64,000 nt of DNA. Origin: an uncultured Candidatus Saccharibacteria bacterium (GTDB taxonomy: Bacteria > Patescibacteriota > Saccharimonadia > CAZBQI01). Location of the stretch: positions 15,810-79,809 of the forward strand of contig CAZBQI010000004.1 of the NCBI GenBank assembly GCA_964494105.1, in the 5' to 3' direction. The notes below the pieces were generated by a model, which did no database searches, had not been told where the DNA came from, and saw only the letters and a list, made by a program, of their open reading frames with translations. Positions 20,623 through 29,766 of the stretch are shown here, piece by piece. The position numbers were made by a program, and so were the translations under genes. How positions within the stretch are numbered: position 1 is the first letter of the stretch; every line of letters begins with the position of its first letter.

Positions 20623-21492
20623 ATGACGAAGCATGCTCCTTTAATAGCAATTGTTGGCGAAACAGCCAGCGGGAAATCTAGCCTTGCACTTGCACTAGCG
20701 AAAAAATATAGTGGTGAAATAATTGCTGCCGATTCGTGGACAATTTACCGTGAGCTAAACGTAGGTACGGCAAAGCCGAGTCAAGCCGAACAAGCTGAAA
20801 TTAAGCATCATCTGATTGATGTTGTTAACCCGGATGAAGATTTTACAGCGGCGCTTTATAAAGACCTAGCCAATAAGGCGATAACGGAGATTACTTCACG
20901 CAAGCATTTGCCAATTATGGTCGGTGGGACGGGGCTGTATGTCGATAGCGTGCTATTTGATTTTAGCTTTTTGCCGGTAGGCAGTGACAGCCTTAGGACG
21001 GAGCTAGAGGCTTTATCGCTGGATGACTTAGTAAAAAGAGCACAGCACGAAGGCTACGACCTTGCCGGGATTGACCTGCGCAATACTCGCCGGGTACGCA
21101 GGCTAATAGAAACCGGTGGGAGGCGACCGCAAAAGTCTGAGCTCCGTGGCAATACCCTGGTGATAGGCGTAAAAATACCGCGAGCGAAGCTACGAGCAAA
21201 CATTGAATCGCGGGTAGAGATTATGTTTAGAAAAGGTTTGCGCCGGGAAGTTGAAGAGCTGGTAGATAAATATGGCTGGGAAAGTGAGAGCCTAAAAGGT
21301 ATTGGTTACGCTGAGTTTAGGGGTTACTTTGACGGCCAGCAAAGTATGGCCGAAACTAAGCGAAAGATCGTGCGAAACACCCTGAACTTAGCTAAACGGC
21401 AACGCACGTGGTTTAAGCGCAACACCTCAATTCAGTGGGTAGGGAATCTTGAAGAGGCTGATAAATTAGTGTCAAAATTCTTGAACTCTTAA
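20623..21492 (+). CDS. miaA: tRNA dimethylallyltransferase
   Basis: GETASGKS, GTAKPS, VGGTGLY and AKRQRTWF. Confidence 0.95.
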   Translation: MTKHAPLIAIVGETASGKSSLALALAKKYSGEIIAADSWTIYRELNVGTAKPSQAEQAEIKHHLIDVVNPDEDFTAALYKDLANKAITEITSRKHLPIMVGGTGLYVDSVLFDFSFLPVGSDSLRTELEALSLDDLVKRAQHEGYDLAGIDLRNTRRVRRLIETGGRRPQKSELRGNTLVIGVKIPRAKLRANIESRVEIMFRKGLRREVEELVDKYGWESESLKGIGYAEFRGYFDGQQSMAETKRKIVRNTLNLAKRQRTWFKRNTSIQWVGNLEEADKLVSKFLNS

Positions 21493-21746
21493 TGCTTTAG
21501 GATCTAATTTAATTCTTTTCCTTAAACTTCTTTGTAACCAAAGAAGCAAAGTTCCCGAATAAGACGTAATACTCGATATACATTAGTCATTCAAAGAAGC
21601 AGGAATCTGCGGAACTCTGCGCCGTAGGCGCATCGAACAATCCTCGATTCTTGCATTTTTCATTCCAGATGTAATCGGGTTCCTTTATATTCGGTGGATA
21701 AGGCTTTATACAAGCTACCACCTACTATCTACGATATACTAATGAC

Positions 21747-23048
21747 ATGTATCGCATCTTTGTAAATTTGATTGGTAAATTGCTTTTGCGCGTACTCCGC
21801 CTGAGTGGTCGCAGTGGCTCGGCATTACCGGGGCTAATAGTTGAAAAGCTTTCACCAAATTATTTGCGCAAAATGGCAAAGCGCTTACCCGGGGGGGTAG
21901 TGCTAGTAACTGGAACTAATGGAAAAACCACAACAACCAAACTGCTGGCTGGAATACTGGAAGCGCATAAAACCAAGGTGCTGGTAAATCGTAGCGGTAG
22001 CAATATGAGCCGTGGTATAGCGGCTGCGTTCATTGAACAGTCTAGCTGGTTAGCCGGTGTACGAGCGGATGTCGGTCTTTTCGAAGTAGACGAAGCGTTT
22101 GTAGGCGATGTAGCGGCTAAAACGAAGCCCAAGGTGCTGGTTGTGCTGAATCTGTTACGAGACCAGCTGGATCGCTATGGTGAGCTCGACAGAACAGCCA
22201 GCCTAATTAAAAAGGGCATTGTCCACGCCAAAACTACAGTGCTAAACGCCGACGATTCGCTGGTTCGTGATTTGGCAAAGGCAAATGATAAGATGCAGGT
22301 TAAGTATTTTGGCGCAACGCCAAAACTACAACAAGATTTACCCGACGATGCCTCGCTATTTAATAAAGCCGGCAGAAGCATTGATAGAATATTGCCTTTC
22401 GCCAGACACCTCGACCTAGTGCTAGACAAAGCAGAAGCGACAAAAACGGGACAAAGCATCGTGCTTAAACACCAAGGCAAATCATATCCGGCGCAACTGC
22501 AATTACCAGGGCTATATAATGCGTATAACGCCACCGCCGCAGCGTTAGTGGCAAATTGCGTCGGAGTTCCCTTCGAAAGCATTACTAGGTCTATGGCAAG
22601 CGTCAAGCCTGCCTTTGGGCGTAGCGAAGTAATCAATTCCCACGGAAAAAGACTGGAACTACTGCTAGTAAAGAACCCGAGTGGTTTTAATCAGATAATT
22701 ACGACTTTTTTGACTACCGAAAAGAACCTATCGCTATTATTGTGCATCAATGATAATTTTGCTGATGGTCGCGACGTATCATGGCTATGGGATGTAAATT
22801 TTGAACAGTTAAAAAACATGAAACATAGCATACTGGTTAGTGGTATGCGAGCTAATGATTTAGCTGTGCGCCTTAAGTATGCCGAAGTTGAATGTAGCGT
22901 AGAACAAAATTTGAGCCAAGCGATAAATGTCTTTAGCCGAAGCGTGGCAGAAAACCAAATAGGGTATGTCATCCCAACCTATACAGCCATGCTAAAAATT
23001 CGTAGCTTACTTGCCAAAGAAGATAGCATAGATGAGATATGGAAATGA
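21747..23048 (+). CDS. murT: Lipid II isoglutaminyl synthase, Mur-ligase subunit
   Basis: TGTNGKTTT, NLLRDQLDRYGE, DGRDVSWLWD and PTYTAM. Confidence 0.92.
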   Translation: MYRIFVNLIGKLLLRVLRLSGRSGSALPGLIVEKLSPNYLRKMAKRLPGGVVLVTGTNGKTTTTKLLAGILEAHKTKVLVNRSGSNMSRGIAAAFIEQSSWLAGVRADVGLFEVDEAFVGDVAAKTKPKVLVVLNLLRDQLDRYGELDRTASLIKKGIVHAKTTVLNADDSLVRDLAKANDKMQVKYFGATPKLQQDLPDDASLFNKAGRSIDRILPFARHLDLVLDKAEATKTGQSIVLKHQGKSYPAQLQLPGLYNAYNATAAALVANCVGVPFESITRSMASVKPAFGRSEVINSHGKRLELLLVKNPSGFNQIITTFLTTEKNLSLLLCINDNFADGRDVSWLWDVNFEQLKNMKHSILVSGMRANDLAVRLKYAEVECSVEQNLSQAINVFSRSVAENQIGYVIPTYTAMLKIRSLLAKEDSIDEIWK

Positions 23049-23121
23049 TAATTGTGAGTTATCTTGCGAGCGGGGCTTTGTTTAGACGCGAACAAGTGTG
23101 CGCAGAAAGGTCGAAAACAAT

Positions 23122-23838
23122 ATGAAACAAATCACTATTACGCATTTATATCCGCGAGAACTTAACATCTACGGAGATCGCGGTAATATTATTACCCTAA
23201 AAAAACGTCTACTTTGGCGCCACTATGAAGTAAAAGTAGACGCAGTTCACCCGGGGCACCGTTATGATTTCACAAAAAGCGACATTATTTTTGGCGGTGG
23301 CGGGCAAGATAAAGGTCAAGAAATTGTGGCTGATGACTTACAGGCAAAAAAGAACGAACTAATGGCCGCCACGAACGACGGCGTAGTGATGCTTGGAATT
23401 TGTGGGACGTATCAATTATTTGGCCATCGATTCGTGACCCTCGAAGCTAAGGAAATTCCCGGCATCGGCATTTTTCAGGCTGAGACTATCGGATCGAAAA
23501 AACGGATGATTGGAAATGCTGTTATCACTTCAGATTTTGGAACGCTGGTTGGTTTTGAGAACCATAGTGGCAAAACTAATTTATTCAAAGGCCAAGAGTC
23601 ACTTGGCAAGGTGCTAAAAGGATATGGCAATAATGGTTCATCCGGGTTTGAAGGTGCAATCATGAACAACTCATTTGGTACATACCTACATGGACCGCTA
23701 TTACCAAAGAACCCACGTTTTGCAGATGAGTTATTGCATCGAGCTTTGTCGCGAAAGTATGGCAAAGTTGAACTTGAGCCACTTAATGACTCACTAGAAC
23801 ATCACGCAGCCCGGGTTGCTCGGTCTCGACCACGGTAG
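23122..23838 (+). CDS. gatD: Lipid II isoglutaminyl synthase, glutaminase subunit
   Basis: YGDRGN, GGGQD, ICGTYQ, GFENH and YLHGPLLPKNP. Confidence 0.92.
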   Translation: MKQITITHLYPRELNIYGDRGNIITLKKRLLWRHYEVKVDAVHPGHRYDFTKSDIIFGGGGQDKGQEIVADDLQAKKNELMAATNDGVVMLGICGTYQLFGHRFVTLEAKEIPGIGIFQAETIGSKKRMIGNAVITSDFGTLVGFENHSGKTNLFKGQESLGKVLKGYGNNGSSGFEGAIMNNSFGTYLHGPLLPKNPRFADELLHRALSRKYGKVELEPLNDSLEHHAARVARSRPR

Positions 23839-23962
23839 TATTACTCAAAGTACCGAACTGTATACTATATTTATTGCTTTTTGCTACAATAAACATAGTG
23901 ATTAACCCAAGGTAAAATTCCTGATACACAAATTTAAAGTTGGGTAATAAGGAGATAAGAAG

Positions 23963-24595
23963 TTGATTGAACAGTTGTTTGGCTCAAAAACTCGCGTTAA
24001 GTTACTTCATTTGTTCTATGCTAATCCGAATAGATCGTTCTATGTTCGCGAAATAACACGAAAAATTGATGAACAAATAAATTCAGTTCGTCGTGAGTTA
24101 TCCAATCTATTAACTATCGGCATTATTAAGTCAGATACTAGCGGTAATCGACTTTACTACGAAGTGAACCAGCGATATCAACACTACAATTCCCTGCGGT
24201 CGATGTTTACCGAGATGAACACCAAAAAAGACAAGGTAGTAGCAAAAAGTGGCGGTGATATTGCTAGTAGATTAAAAGAAACTGGTTCTATCGATTTGGC
24301 AATTTTAAGCGGATTTTTCGTTAAAAACCCCAGTATGCCGGTTGATTTGCTGATTGTTGGGGATGTTAATCGATCACGTTTAGCTAAAGTGGTTCGTGAG
24401 CTCGAAACCGAAGAGAATCACGAAGTTCGCTATGCGGTGTTTAACAAAGAAGAGTTTGACTACCGCTATGACCTTAGCGATCGATTTCTATCGATTATAC
24501 TTGAAGCCAAGCACACTGTTTTGGTTGGTGATCTACCAAAAAACCCGAATGCCAATATTGAAGCGTCAGAAGTGAAACAAACCAAAGAAGACTAA
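23963..24595 (+). CDS. Winged-HTH regulator with nucleotidyltransferase-like C-terminal domain
   Basis: LFGSKTRVKLL...YVREITR...VRRELSNL HTH; VDLLIVGD; GGAG RBS with TTG start. Confidence 0.75.
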   Translation: MIEQLFGSKTRVKLLHLFYANPNRSFYVREITRKIDEQINSVRRELSNLLTIGIIKSDTSGNRLYYEVNQRYQHYNSLRSMFTEMNTKKDKVVAKSGGDIASRLKETGSIDLAILSGFFVKNPSMPVDLLIVGDVNRSRLAKVVRELETEENHEVRYAVFNKEEFDYRYDLSDRFLSIILEAKHTVLVGDLPKNPNANIEASEVKQTKED

Positions 24596-24671
24596 TCTGA
24601 CAAAACGATTTATGGATTGTGTATACTGTACGAATAGTCTAGATAAAGAAATAAGAAGGTCAGGAGGGTAA

Positions 24672-25307
24672 ATGGAATTTAGTTATTACGGTGCCGGCTG
24701 TGTGTGTATTTCAACAAAAGATCTCTCGATTCTGGTTGATCCACCAACCAGTGATAGCGGTTTGAAGTTGCCAAAGGTAAAGGCAGACGTGGTGCTATAT
24801 AGTAATCAGTCAGCCAGCACAGAGACAGTTCATGGTGAAAGTTTTGTCACAAATTTACCGGGGGAGTACGAGCTAAAGGGTGTTTCGATTCAAGGTATAG
24901 CGGCTCAGCAACACATTGATAAACCAAGTGACCCCAAGGCTGCTGTTATATATGCAATTCAGAACAGTGAAGTCAGGGCGCTTGTAACGGGGAATATTGA
25001 TCCACAGCTCTCAGATAGTCAAGTTGAGGCAATTGGTGAGGTTAATGTATTGATTATTCCGGTAGGTGGCAAAGGCCTTACCCTGGATGCAAACGCTGCT
25101 TGTAAGCTGGTTACCCAGTTTGAGCCGCAGTACATTATACCGGTGCACTACGATGACGGCGATACCAAATACCCTGTACCCCAGGATAAGCTCGAGACTT
25201 TCTTACAAGAGGTGGGAGTAGAATCCCCGGAGAAAAAAGTAAAACTCAAAGTGACAGCTAAAAACCTCGAGCAAGAAGCCGAGGTAGTAGTACTAGAGCG
25301 TCAATAG
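24672..25307 (+). CDS. MBL-fold hydrolase-like protein with degenerate metal motif
   Basis: ILVDP, PGEYE, IIPVGG and IIPVHY; the HxHxDH motif is missing. Confidence 0.75.
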   Translation: MEFSYYGAGCVCISTKDLSILVDPPTSDSGLKLPKVKADVVLYSNQSASTETVHGESFVTNLPGEYELKGVSIQGIAAQQHIDKPSDPKAAVIYAIQNSEVRALVTGNIDPQLSDSQVEAIGEVNVLIIPVGGKGLTLDANAACKLVTQFEPQYIIPVHYDDGDTKYPVPQDKLETFLQEVGVESPEKKVKLKVTAKNLEQEAEVVVLERQ

Positions 25308-25308
25308 C

Positions 25309-25533
25309 CTAAGCTGTTTCTTTTGTTTTCTCTAACTTGGCTTCGGAATCTGCAGTTTTCTTGATTGTGCGTAAACATTGAGCGCACACTTTTAGTTTAA
25401 GTTTTTCACCGCCGATATCTAGGCGCTTTATCTGCAGATTTGGCTTCCAGGTGCGTTTAGTTTTGCGCTGAGAAAAACTCACGTTGTGTCCGAATTGCTT
25501 GGCTTTGCCACAAATATCGCAACGATAGGCCAT
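25309..25533 (-). CDS. rpmB: 50S ribosomal protein L28
   Basis: CDICGK..FGHNVSFSQRKTKRTWKPNLQ..CAQCLR. Confidence 0.95.
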   Translation of the reverse strand: MAYRCDICGKAKQFGHNVSFSQRKTKRTWKPNLQIKRLDIGGEKLKLKVCAQCLRTIKKTADSEAKLEKTKETA

Positions 25534-25623
25534 AATTAACTCCTGTTAGTGTTGAACTCAAATATCACCATATCCTAGCCAATAACAGAGAAGAAGTCAA
25601 ATTTCTGGTATACTTGTACAACA

Positions 25624-26256
25624 ATGGGAACAATAATCGGGGTTGTATTTCTTGTCATAATTTTAGTCATTTCGATAACGTGCCATGAATTTATGCACGC
25701 ATATGTGGCGAATCGATTAGGCGATGACACGGCAAAATCTAGCGGTAGACTTAGTCTTAATCCAATCGCACACATTGATTTATTTGGAACAATACTACTG
25801 CCATTCATTTTATTTTTAGCTAATTTACCGGTGTTTGGTGCAGCTAAACCTGTACCTTTTAATCCCAGCCGTTTGCGTAATGGCGATATGGGTATGGCAA
25901 TGGTTGCCCTTGTCGGACCGTTTACAAATTTGCTACTGGCAGTTTTTATATCACTGTGGTTACGTTTTTTGCCGGTAAGCGGGTTAGCTATGGATTTCTT
26001 CGAAATGTTTGTAATGGTAAACGTTGGGTTCTTTGTTTTTAATATGATTCCATTTCCACCACTTGATGGATCCAGACTTTTCTATGCACTCGCGCCCGAT
26101 CCACTGCGGGCAGTGATGCGTCAGATAGAAGGATTTGGCCTTATAGGAATTATGGCGTTCATTTTTTTGCTTTTTCCGTTTATAAGTCCGATTGTAGGGC
26201 GAGCGATTAATGCCATATTAACAGTGCTGATTCCAGGCTACAGCTTAACAATTTAG
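25624..26256 (+). CDS. Site-2 protease (peptidase M50)
   Basis: HEFMH, LNPIAHID, GPFTN and NMIPFPPLDG. Confidence 0.92.
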   Translation: MGTIIGVVFLVIILVISITCHEFMHAYVANRLGDDTAKSSGRLSLNPIAHIDLFGTILLPFILFLANLPVFGAAKPVPFNPSRLRNGDMGMAMVALVGPFTNLLLAVFISLWLRFLPVSGLAMDFFEMFVMVNVGFFVFNMIPFPPLDGSRLFYALAPDPLRAVMRQIEGFGLIGIMAFIFLLFPFISPIVGRAINAILTVLIPGYSLTI

Positions 26257-26296
26257 CTCGACTTAACATAAGCGTACTTCGGTGTATAATATAGGT

Positions 26297-26446
26297 GTCT
26301 CTGCGTCAGCAAGAGGTACCTTGAGTTGTTTTTCCACAATAAATTTTGCTTCGGGAGCTCAATATTATCTTGGCCCCTGGGCTTCGTATTGCGGGCACCC
26401 ACCTATTTTTAGGTAGGAAAAGCAATCAAGGTACCGTGACGTGGAG
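26297..26446 (+). ncRNA. ssrS: Probable 6S RNA
   Basis: Rod structure CTCTGCGTCA/TGACGTGGAG, GGTACCTTGA/TCAAGGTACC and TTGTTTTTCC/GGAAAAGCAA; central bubble flanked by GGGAGC and GGGCACCCACCT as in Firmicutes 6S; TATAAT at 26285 and a terminator downstream. Confidence 0.75.
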
Positions 26447-26456
26447 TTTTGGAGTA

Positions 26457-26488
26457 AAGCCTCAGGGATATTCTTTGAGGCTTCTTTT
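26457..26488 (+). terminator. Intrinsic terminator of the putative 6S RNA
   Basis: AAGCCTCA/TGAGGCTT stem followed by CTTTT. Confidence 0.7.
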
Positions 26489-26489
26489 A

Positions 26490-26538
26490 TCCCGACGTTC
26501 GCTAGAGCGAAGTAGGGACTCCGACCAAGGCGTCGGAG
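26490..26538. repeat. Tandem CCGAC-type palindromes upstream of GIY-YIG gene A
   Basis: TCCCGACGTTCGCTAGAGCGAAGTAGGGA and CTCCGACCAAGGCGTCGGAG; related copy at 45584-45654. Confidence 0.7.
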
Positions 26539-26560
26539 TTGTCTTGATAGAATTATTTGT

Positions 26561-26827
26561 ATGGAAGGGTGTGTGTATATTCTGCAAAATAGGCAAACGA
26601 GCAGATATTACGTAGGTAGTACGAGAAATTTAGAAAGACGCCTAAGACAACACAAATCAGGAAGCACAAAAACGACAAAATCGGGTGATTGGGAATTGGT
26701 GTTTAGTCAGACAACAGAAACTATTAATCAAGCCCGAGAAGCTGAGAAGAAAATTAAGTCATGGAAAAGGCGAGATTTTATAGATAGAATAGTGCATGAG
26801 GGAAGAGTAACTTTCTTAGATAAGTAA
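26561..26827 (+). CDS. Small stand-alone GIY-YIG nuclease (copy A)
   Basis: VYIL...YYVGST..LERRLRQH...AREAEKKIKSWK; TAGAAT 7 nt before ATG. Confidence 0.9.
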   Translation: MEGCVYILQNRQTSRYYVGSTRNLERRLRQHKSGSTKTTKSGDWELVFSQTTETINQAREAEKKIKSWKRRDFIDRIVHEGRVTFLDK

Positions 26828-26830
26828 CCA

Positions 26831-27024
26831 CCGGGTGTGGCGCCCCGACGCCAAGTGTCGGGGCAGGCAGCTTGGTCCGGCTTTACGTTGGACGTGGTAG
26901 CGCGTACGTCTGGGGTGAGCAATGCCGGTGGCATTGAGCAAGGTAATCTCCACTTTGCAAGCTTGCTTCGCAAAGCAGAAGTTGCGGGCCCGCCGGAGGT
27001 GGGCGTGAGGTTCCTCACGGCCCG
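26831..27024 (+). pseudogene. Decorated tRNA-Pro(GGG) fragment with three inserted hairpin blocks
   Basis: Removing the inserts gives CCGGGTGTGGCGCAGCTTGGTAGCGCGTACGTCTGGGGTGCGTGAGGT; no T-arm or acceptor 3' strand. Confidence 0.75.
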
Positions 27025-27056
27025 TTAAAATATGAGATATAATGACATATTAGAGA

Positions 27057-27132
27057 CGGGGTGTGGCGCAGGTGGTAGCGCGTACGGCTGGGGGCCGTGA
27101 GGTCGCTGGTTCGAGTCCAGTCACCCCGACCA
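27057..27132 (+). tRNA. tRNA-Pro(GGG)
   Basis: CGGGGTG/CACCCCG acceptor; TACGG-CT-GGG-GG-CCGTG; GGTTCGAGTCC; ACCA; own TATAAT at 27038. Confidence 0.95.
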
Positions 27133-27167
27133 AAATGATGTAGCCCTAATAAAATAATGGAGAAGCA

Positions 27168-27623
27168 ATGACATTAGTAGAATGCATTAAAGATAATTTA
27201 GATAAAGTTAGGTTAATGCAATTAGCGACTGTCGCAGATAATAAGCCATGGGTTTGCACAGTTCATTATTATAGCGATGATCACCTGAATATATATTGGA
27301 TGTCGCATCCCGAGCGACGGCATTCCCTCGAAGTTGCCAAGAACAAAAATGTATCTGCAACGATTATGGTTCACGAGGACAGTCCAAGCGAAAACTATGT
27401 AATTGGTGTATCAGTTGAAGGAACTGCTGAACCTATTTCCATAAAGGAATACGAGTCTGTTGCTAGGAAGTATGTATCTAAACTAGGTAAGGATGCTAAC
27501 TCAATAGACGAAATTATAAGTGGGAAAAAACCAAGTCAATTTTACTGTCTAAAACCAAGTAAAATTGTGTTATTCGACAATAAGAATTTTCCAGATGACC
27601 CACGTCAAGAACTTGAGTTATAA
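27168..27623 (+). CDS. Pyridoxamine-5'-phosphate oxidase-like FMN-binding split-barrel protein
   Basis: MQLATV..KPWVCTVHY...RRHS...NKNVS pattern; GGAG RBS. Confidence 0.75.
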   Translation: MTLVECIKDNLDKVRLMQLATVADNKPWVCTVHYYSDDHLNIYWMSHPERRHSLEVAKNKNVSATIMVHEDSPSENYVIGVSVEGTAEPISIKEYESVARKYVSKLGKDANSIDEIISGKKPSQFYCLKPSKIVLFDNKNFPDDPRQELEL

Positions 27624-27635
27624 TAGTATAAAGTT

Positions 27636-28379
27636 ATGACTGAGCTTAAAGATAAAGTTGTTCTAATCACCGGTTCATCAAGTGGAATAGGCCGAGCTAC
27701 CGCTATTAGTTTTGCTAAACAGGGCGCGAGTGTTGGTGTCAATTACCGCGAGAATAAGCAAGGTGCCGAAGCAGTTGCAAAAGAAATTAACAAACTGGGA
27801 GCGAAAGCTCTTATTATTAAAGCAGACGTGTCAAAACCAGATGAAGTAAAGATGATGTTTGATCAAGTAATTTCAGAATTTAGGCAGCTAGATATATTAA
27901 TCAACAATGCAGCCATACCTACCGATAAAGTGCCATTTTTAGATGCTTCATTTGATGATCTTCGCGAGATGATCGACACAGATTTAATTGGGCCTATGGT
28001 TTGCTCGCAACAAGCAGTTCGGATTATGCGTAAGCAAGGTCATGGGAAAATACTTAATACTGGCTCGGTTCGTGGCTGGGAGTACGGTGGTAGGGCAGAA
28101 GTATATGCTGCATCAAAAGCTGGTCTCCATAGTCTTACGCGAACTCTTGCTAAAGAAGTGGCACCCGAGATTCAAGTAAACGCGGTAGCTCCAGGTTTCG
28201 TAAAAACTCGTGTATACGATACAGCCCCCCCCGAGAGGATCGATAGCTTTATGGGACAAACTTACTTAAAGCGCTTTATTGAACCTGACGAAATAGCAGA
28301 TGCGTTTATATTTCTAGCAAAGAACGATGCAGTAACAGGCCAGGTTATCTATGTTGAAGCTGGCTTTATGCTTACGTAA
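27636..28379 (+). CDS. SDR family oxidoreductase (FabG-like)
   Basis: TGSSSGIG, NNA, YAASK and VNAVAPGFV. Confidence 0.92.
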   Translation: MTELKDKVVLITGSSSGIGRATAISFAKQGASVGVNYRENKQGAEAVAKEINKLGAKALIIKADVSKPDEVKMMFDQVISEFRQLDILINNAAIPTDKVPFLDASFDDLREMIDTDLIGPMVCSQQAVRIMRKQGHGKILNTGSVRGWEYGGRAEVYAASKAGLHSLTRTLAKEVAPEIQVNAVAPGFVKTRVYDTAPPERIDSFMGQTYLKRFIEPDEIADAFIFLAKNDAVTGQVIYVEAGFMLT

Positions 28380-28382
28380 GGG

Positions 28383-28808
28383 ATGCATAAAACAATAAAA
28401 ATCTTTACAGACGGCGGGAGTCGCGGCAATCCGGGTCCGGCCGCTAGCGGCTACGTGATATTAGACGAGCACGATAAAGTTCTAGAAGAGGGCGGAGAGT
28501 ACTTGGGGATTACAACGAACAATCAGGCAGAATATCGCGCAATGAAACTTGCTCTCGAGCGTGCAGCAAAGTATAAGCCAGATACAATAGAATGCTTCCT
28601 AGACAGCCAGCTGCTTGCTCATCAGCTAAATGGCATTTATAAAATGAAGAACGCAGCCCTGCGACCAATATTTGAAGCAATTCAACGGCTCGCTACTCAA
28701 TACGCTAAGGTAACCTTCCAGCATGTCTACCGCGAAAACAACAAGCTCGCAGATGCGCAAGTAAATATAATTTTAGACAGAGAAACTGGTAGAAAAAAAT
28801 CCGCCTAA
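28383..28808 (+). CDS. rnhA: Ribonuclease HI family
   Basis: DGGSRGNPGPA, TNNQAEY, DSQL and RENNKLAD. Confidence 0.9.
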   Translation: MHKTIKIFTDGGSRGNPGPAASGYVILDEHDKVLEEGGEYLGITTNNQAEYRAMKLALERAAKYKPDTIECFLDSQLLAHQLNGIYKMKNAALRPIFEAIQRLATQYAKVTFQHVYRENNKLADAQVNIILDRETGRKKSA

Positions 28809-28823
28809 GAGCGGATTTAAATT

Positions 28824-29187
28824 GCAAGACTACCTGTAAGCCGGATTCTGTCATTGAAGATGATCATCTATCTTGGCGTATTGTTGCCAATACGCTCATG
28901 CGGCTCTAAATCGTTAGTTCATAGCGGGCCACTAGTCCCAAAATTACTTTCGAGTCGAAGAACTAACTACCTTGCAGCGGATGGGGTTTACCACCACACA
29001 GTGTCACCACTGCGGGATTCGCGCTGATCGCGAAACTTTTCACCTTTGGCCAGCTCGAAGAGCTGACTAGTATTGTCTCTGCGGCACTTTCCCTAAGGTC
29101 ACCCTCGGTTGCCGTTAACAACCATCCTTGCCCTACGCTGTCCGGACTTTCCTCTCTTGTAAAAGAGCGACCACCTAGTAGTCTTGC
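28824..29187 (-). ncRNA. rnpB: RNase P RNA
   Basis: Minus strand GAGGAAAGTCCGGAC...GAAAGTGCCGCAGA...ACAGAATCCGGCTTAC; P1 helix GCAAGACTAC/GTAGTCTTGC. Confidence 0.95.
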
Positions 29188-29219
29188 TGAACTATCTTAG
29201 CAAAGGGGAGTGGGGGTGT

Positions 29220-29570
29220 CTACTTGCTGGCTTGAGCAGTCTTGGCCACAGAGGCGAAAGCATCTGGGTGGTTAGAGGCGAGTTCGCTTAAAATCTTTCG
29301 ATCTAATTTAACTTCAGACTTCTTAAGCCCGCTCATTAGGGTGCTGTATGTAAGACCATGCAATCTGGCGCCGGCGTTGATGCGGGTAATCCAAAGGCCA
29401 CGGAAATCTCGTTTGCGGTTGCGTCGGTCGCGGTAGGCGTAAGAAAGTGATTTGAATATAGCCTGGCGAGCCATGCGTGGGCTAGCTTGACGCATGTGCG
29501 TCATACCCTTGGTTTGCTGTCTGAGTCTCTTATGTCGCTTATGGGCGGTTACGCCACGTTTAATTCTCAT
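29220..29570 (-). CDS. rplT: 50S ribosomal protein L20
   Basis: YAYRDRRNRKRDFRGLWITRINA and LDRKILSELA. Confidence 0.97.
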   Translation of the reverse strand: MRIKRGVTAHKRHKRLRQQTKGMTHMRQASPRMARQAIFKSLSYAYRDRRNRKRDFRGLWITRINAGARLHGLTYSTLMSGLKKSEVKLDRKILSELASNHPDAFASVAKTAQASK

Positions 29571-29574
29571 ATGA

Positions 29575-29766
29575 CTAGCCTACCATTTGCCTTACGTTCT
29601 TGCTATCACTTTTGCTAAATGCAGTATCAATAGCGTAGGTTCTTTTTCGACTTGCTCGTTTCTTTGTCAAAAAATGATTACGAAATGCATGGTTACGCAA
29701 TAACTTACCGCTACCGGTTGCTTTTACTCGCTTAGCTGCGCCTTTGTGACTCTTTAGCTTTGGCAT
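29575..29766 (-). CDS. rpmI: 50S ribosomal protein L35
   Basis: MPKLKSHKGAAKRVKATGSGK. Confidence 0.96.
   Translation of the reverse strand: MPKLKSHKGAAKRVKATGSGKLLRNHAFRNHFLTKKRASRKRTYAIDTAFSKSDSKNVRQMVG

Noticed and set aside
26831-27024. Group I intron-containing or functional split tRNA-Pro
   Set aside because: The inserts are far too short for a group I core, the T-arm and acceptor 3' strand are missing, and an intact tRNA-Pro(GGG) follows.
26346-27028. ORFs 26346-26615, 26728-27018 and 26837-27028
   Set aside because: They run through the 6S-like RNA, the palindromes and the tRNA fragment, and lack protein-like features.
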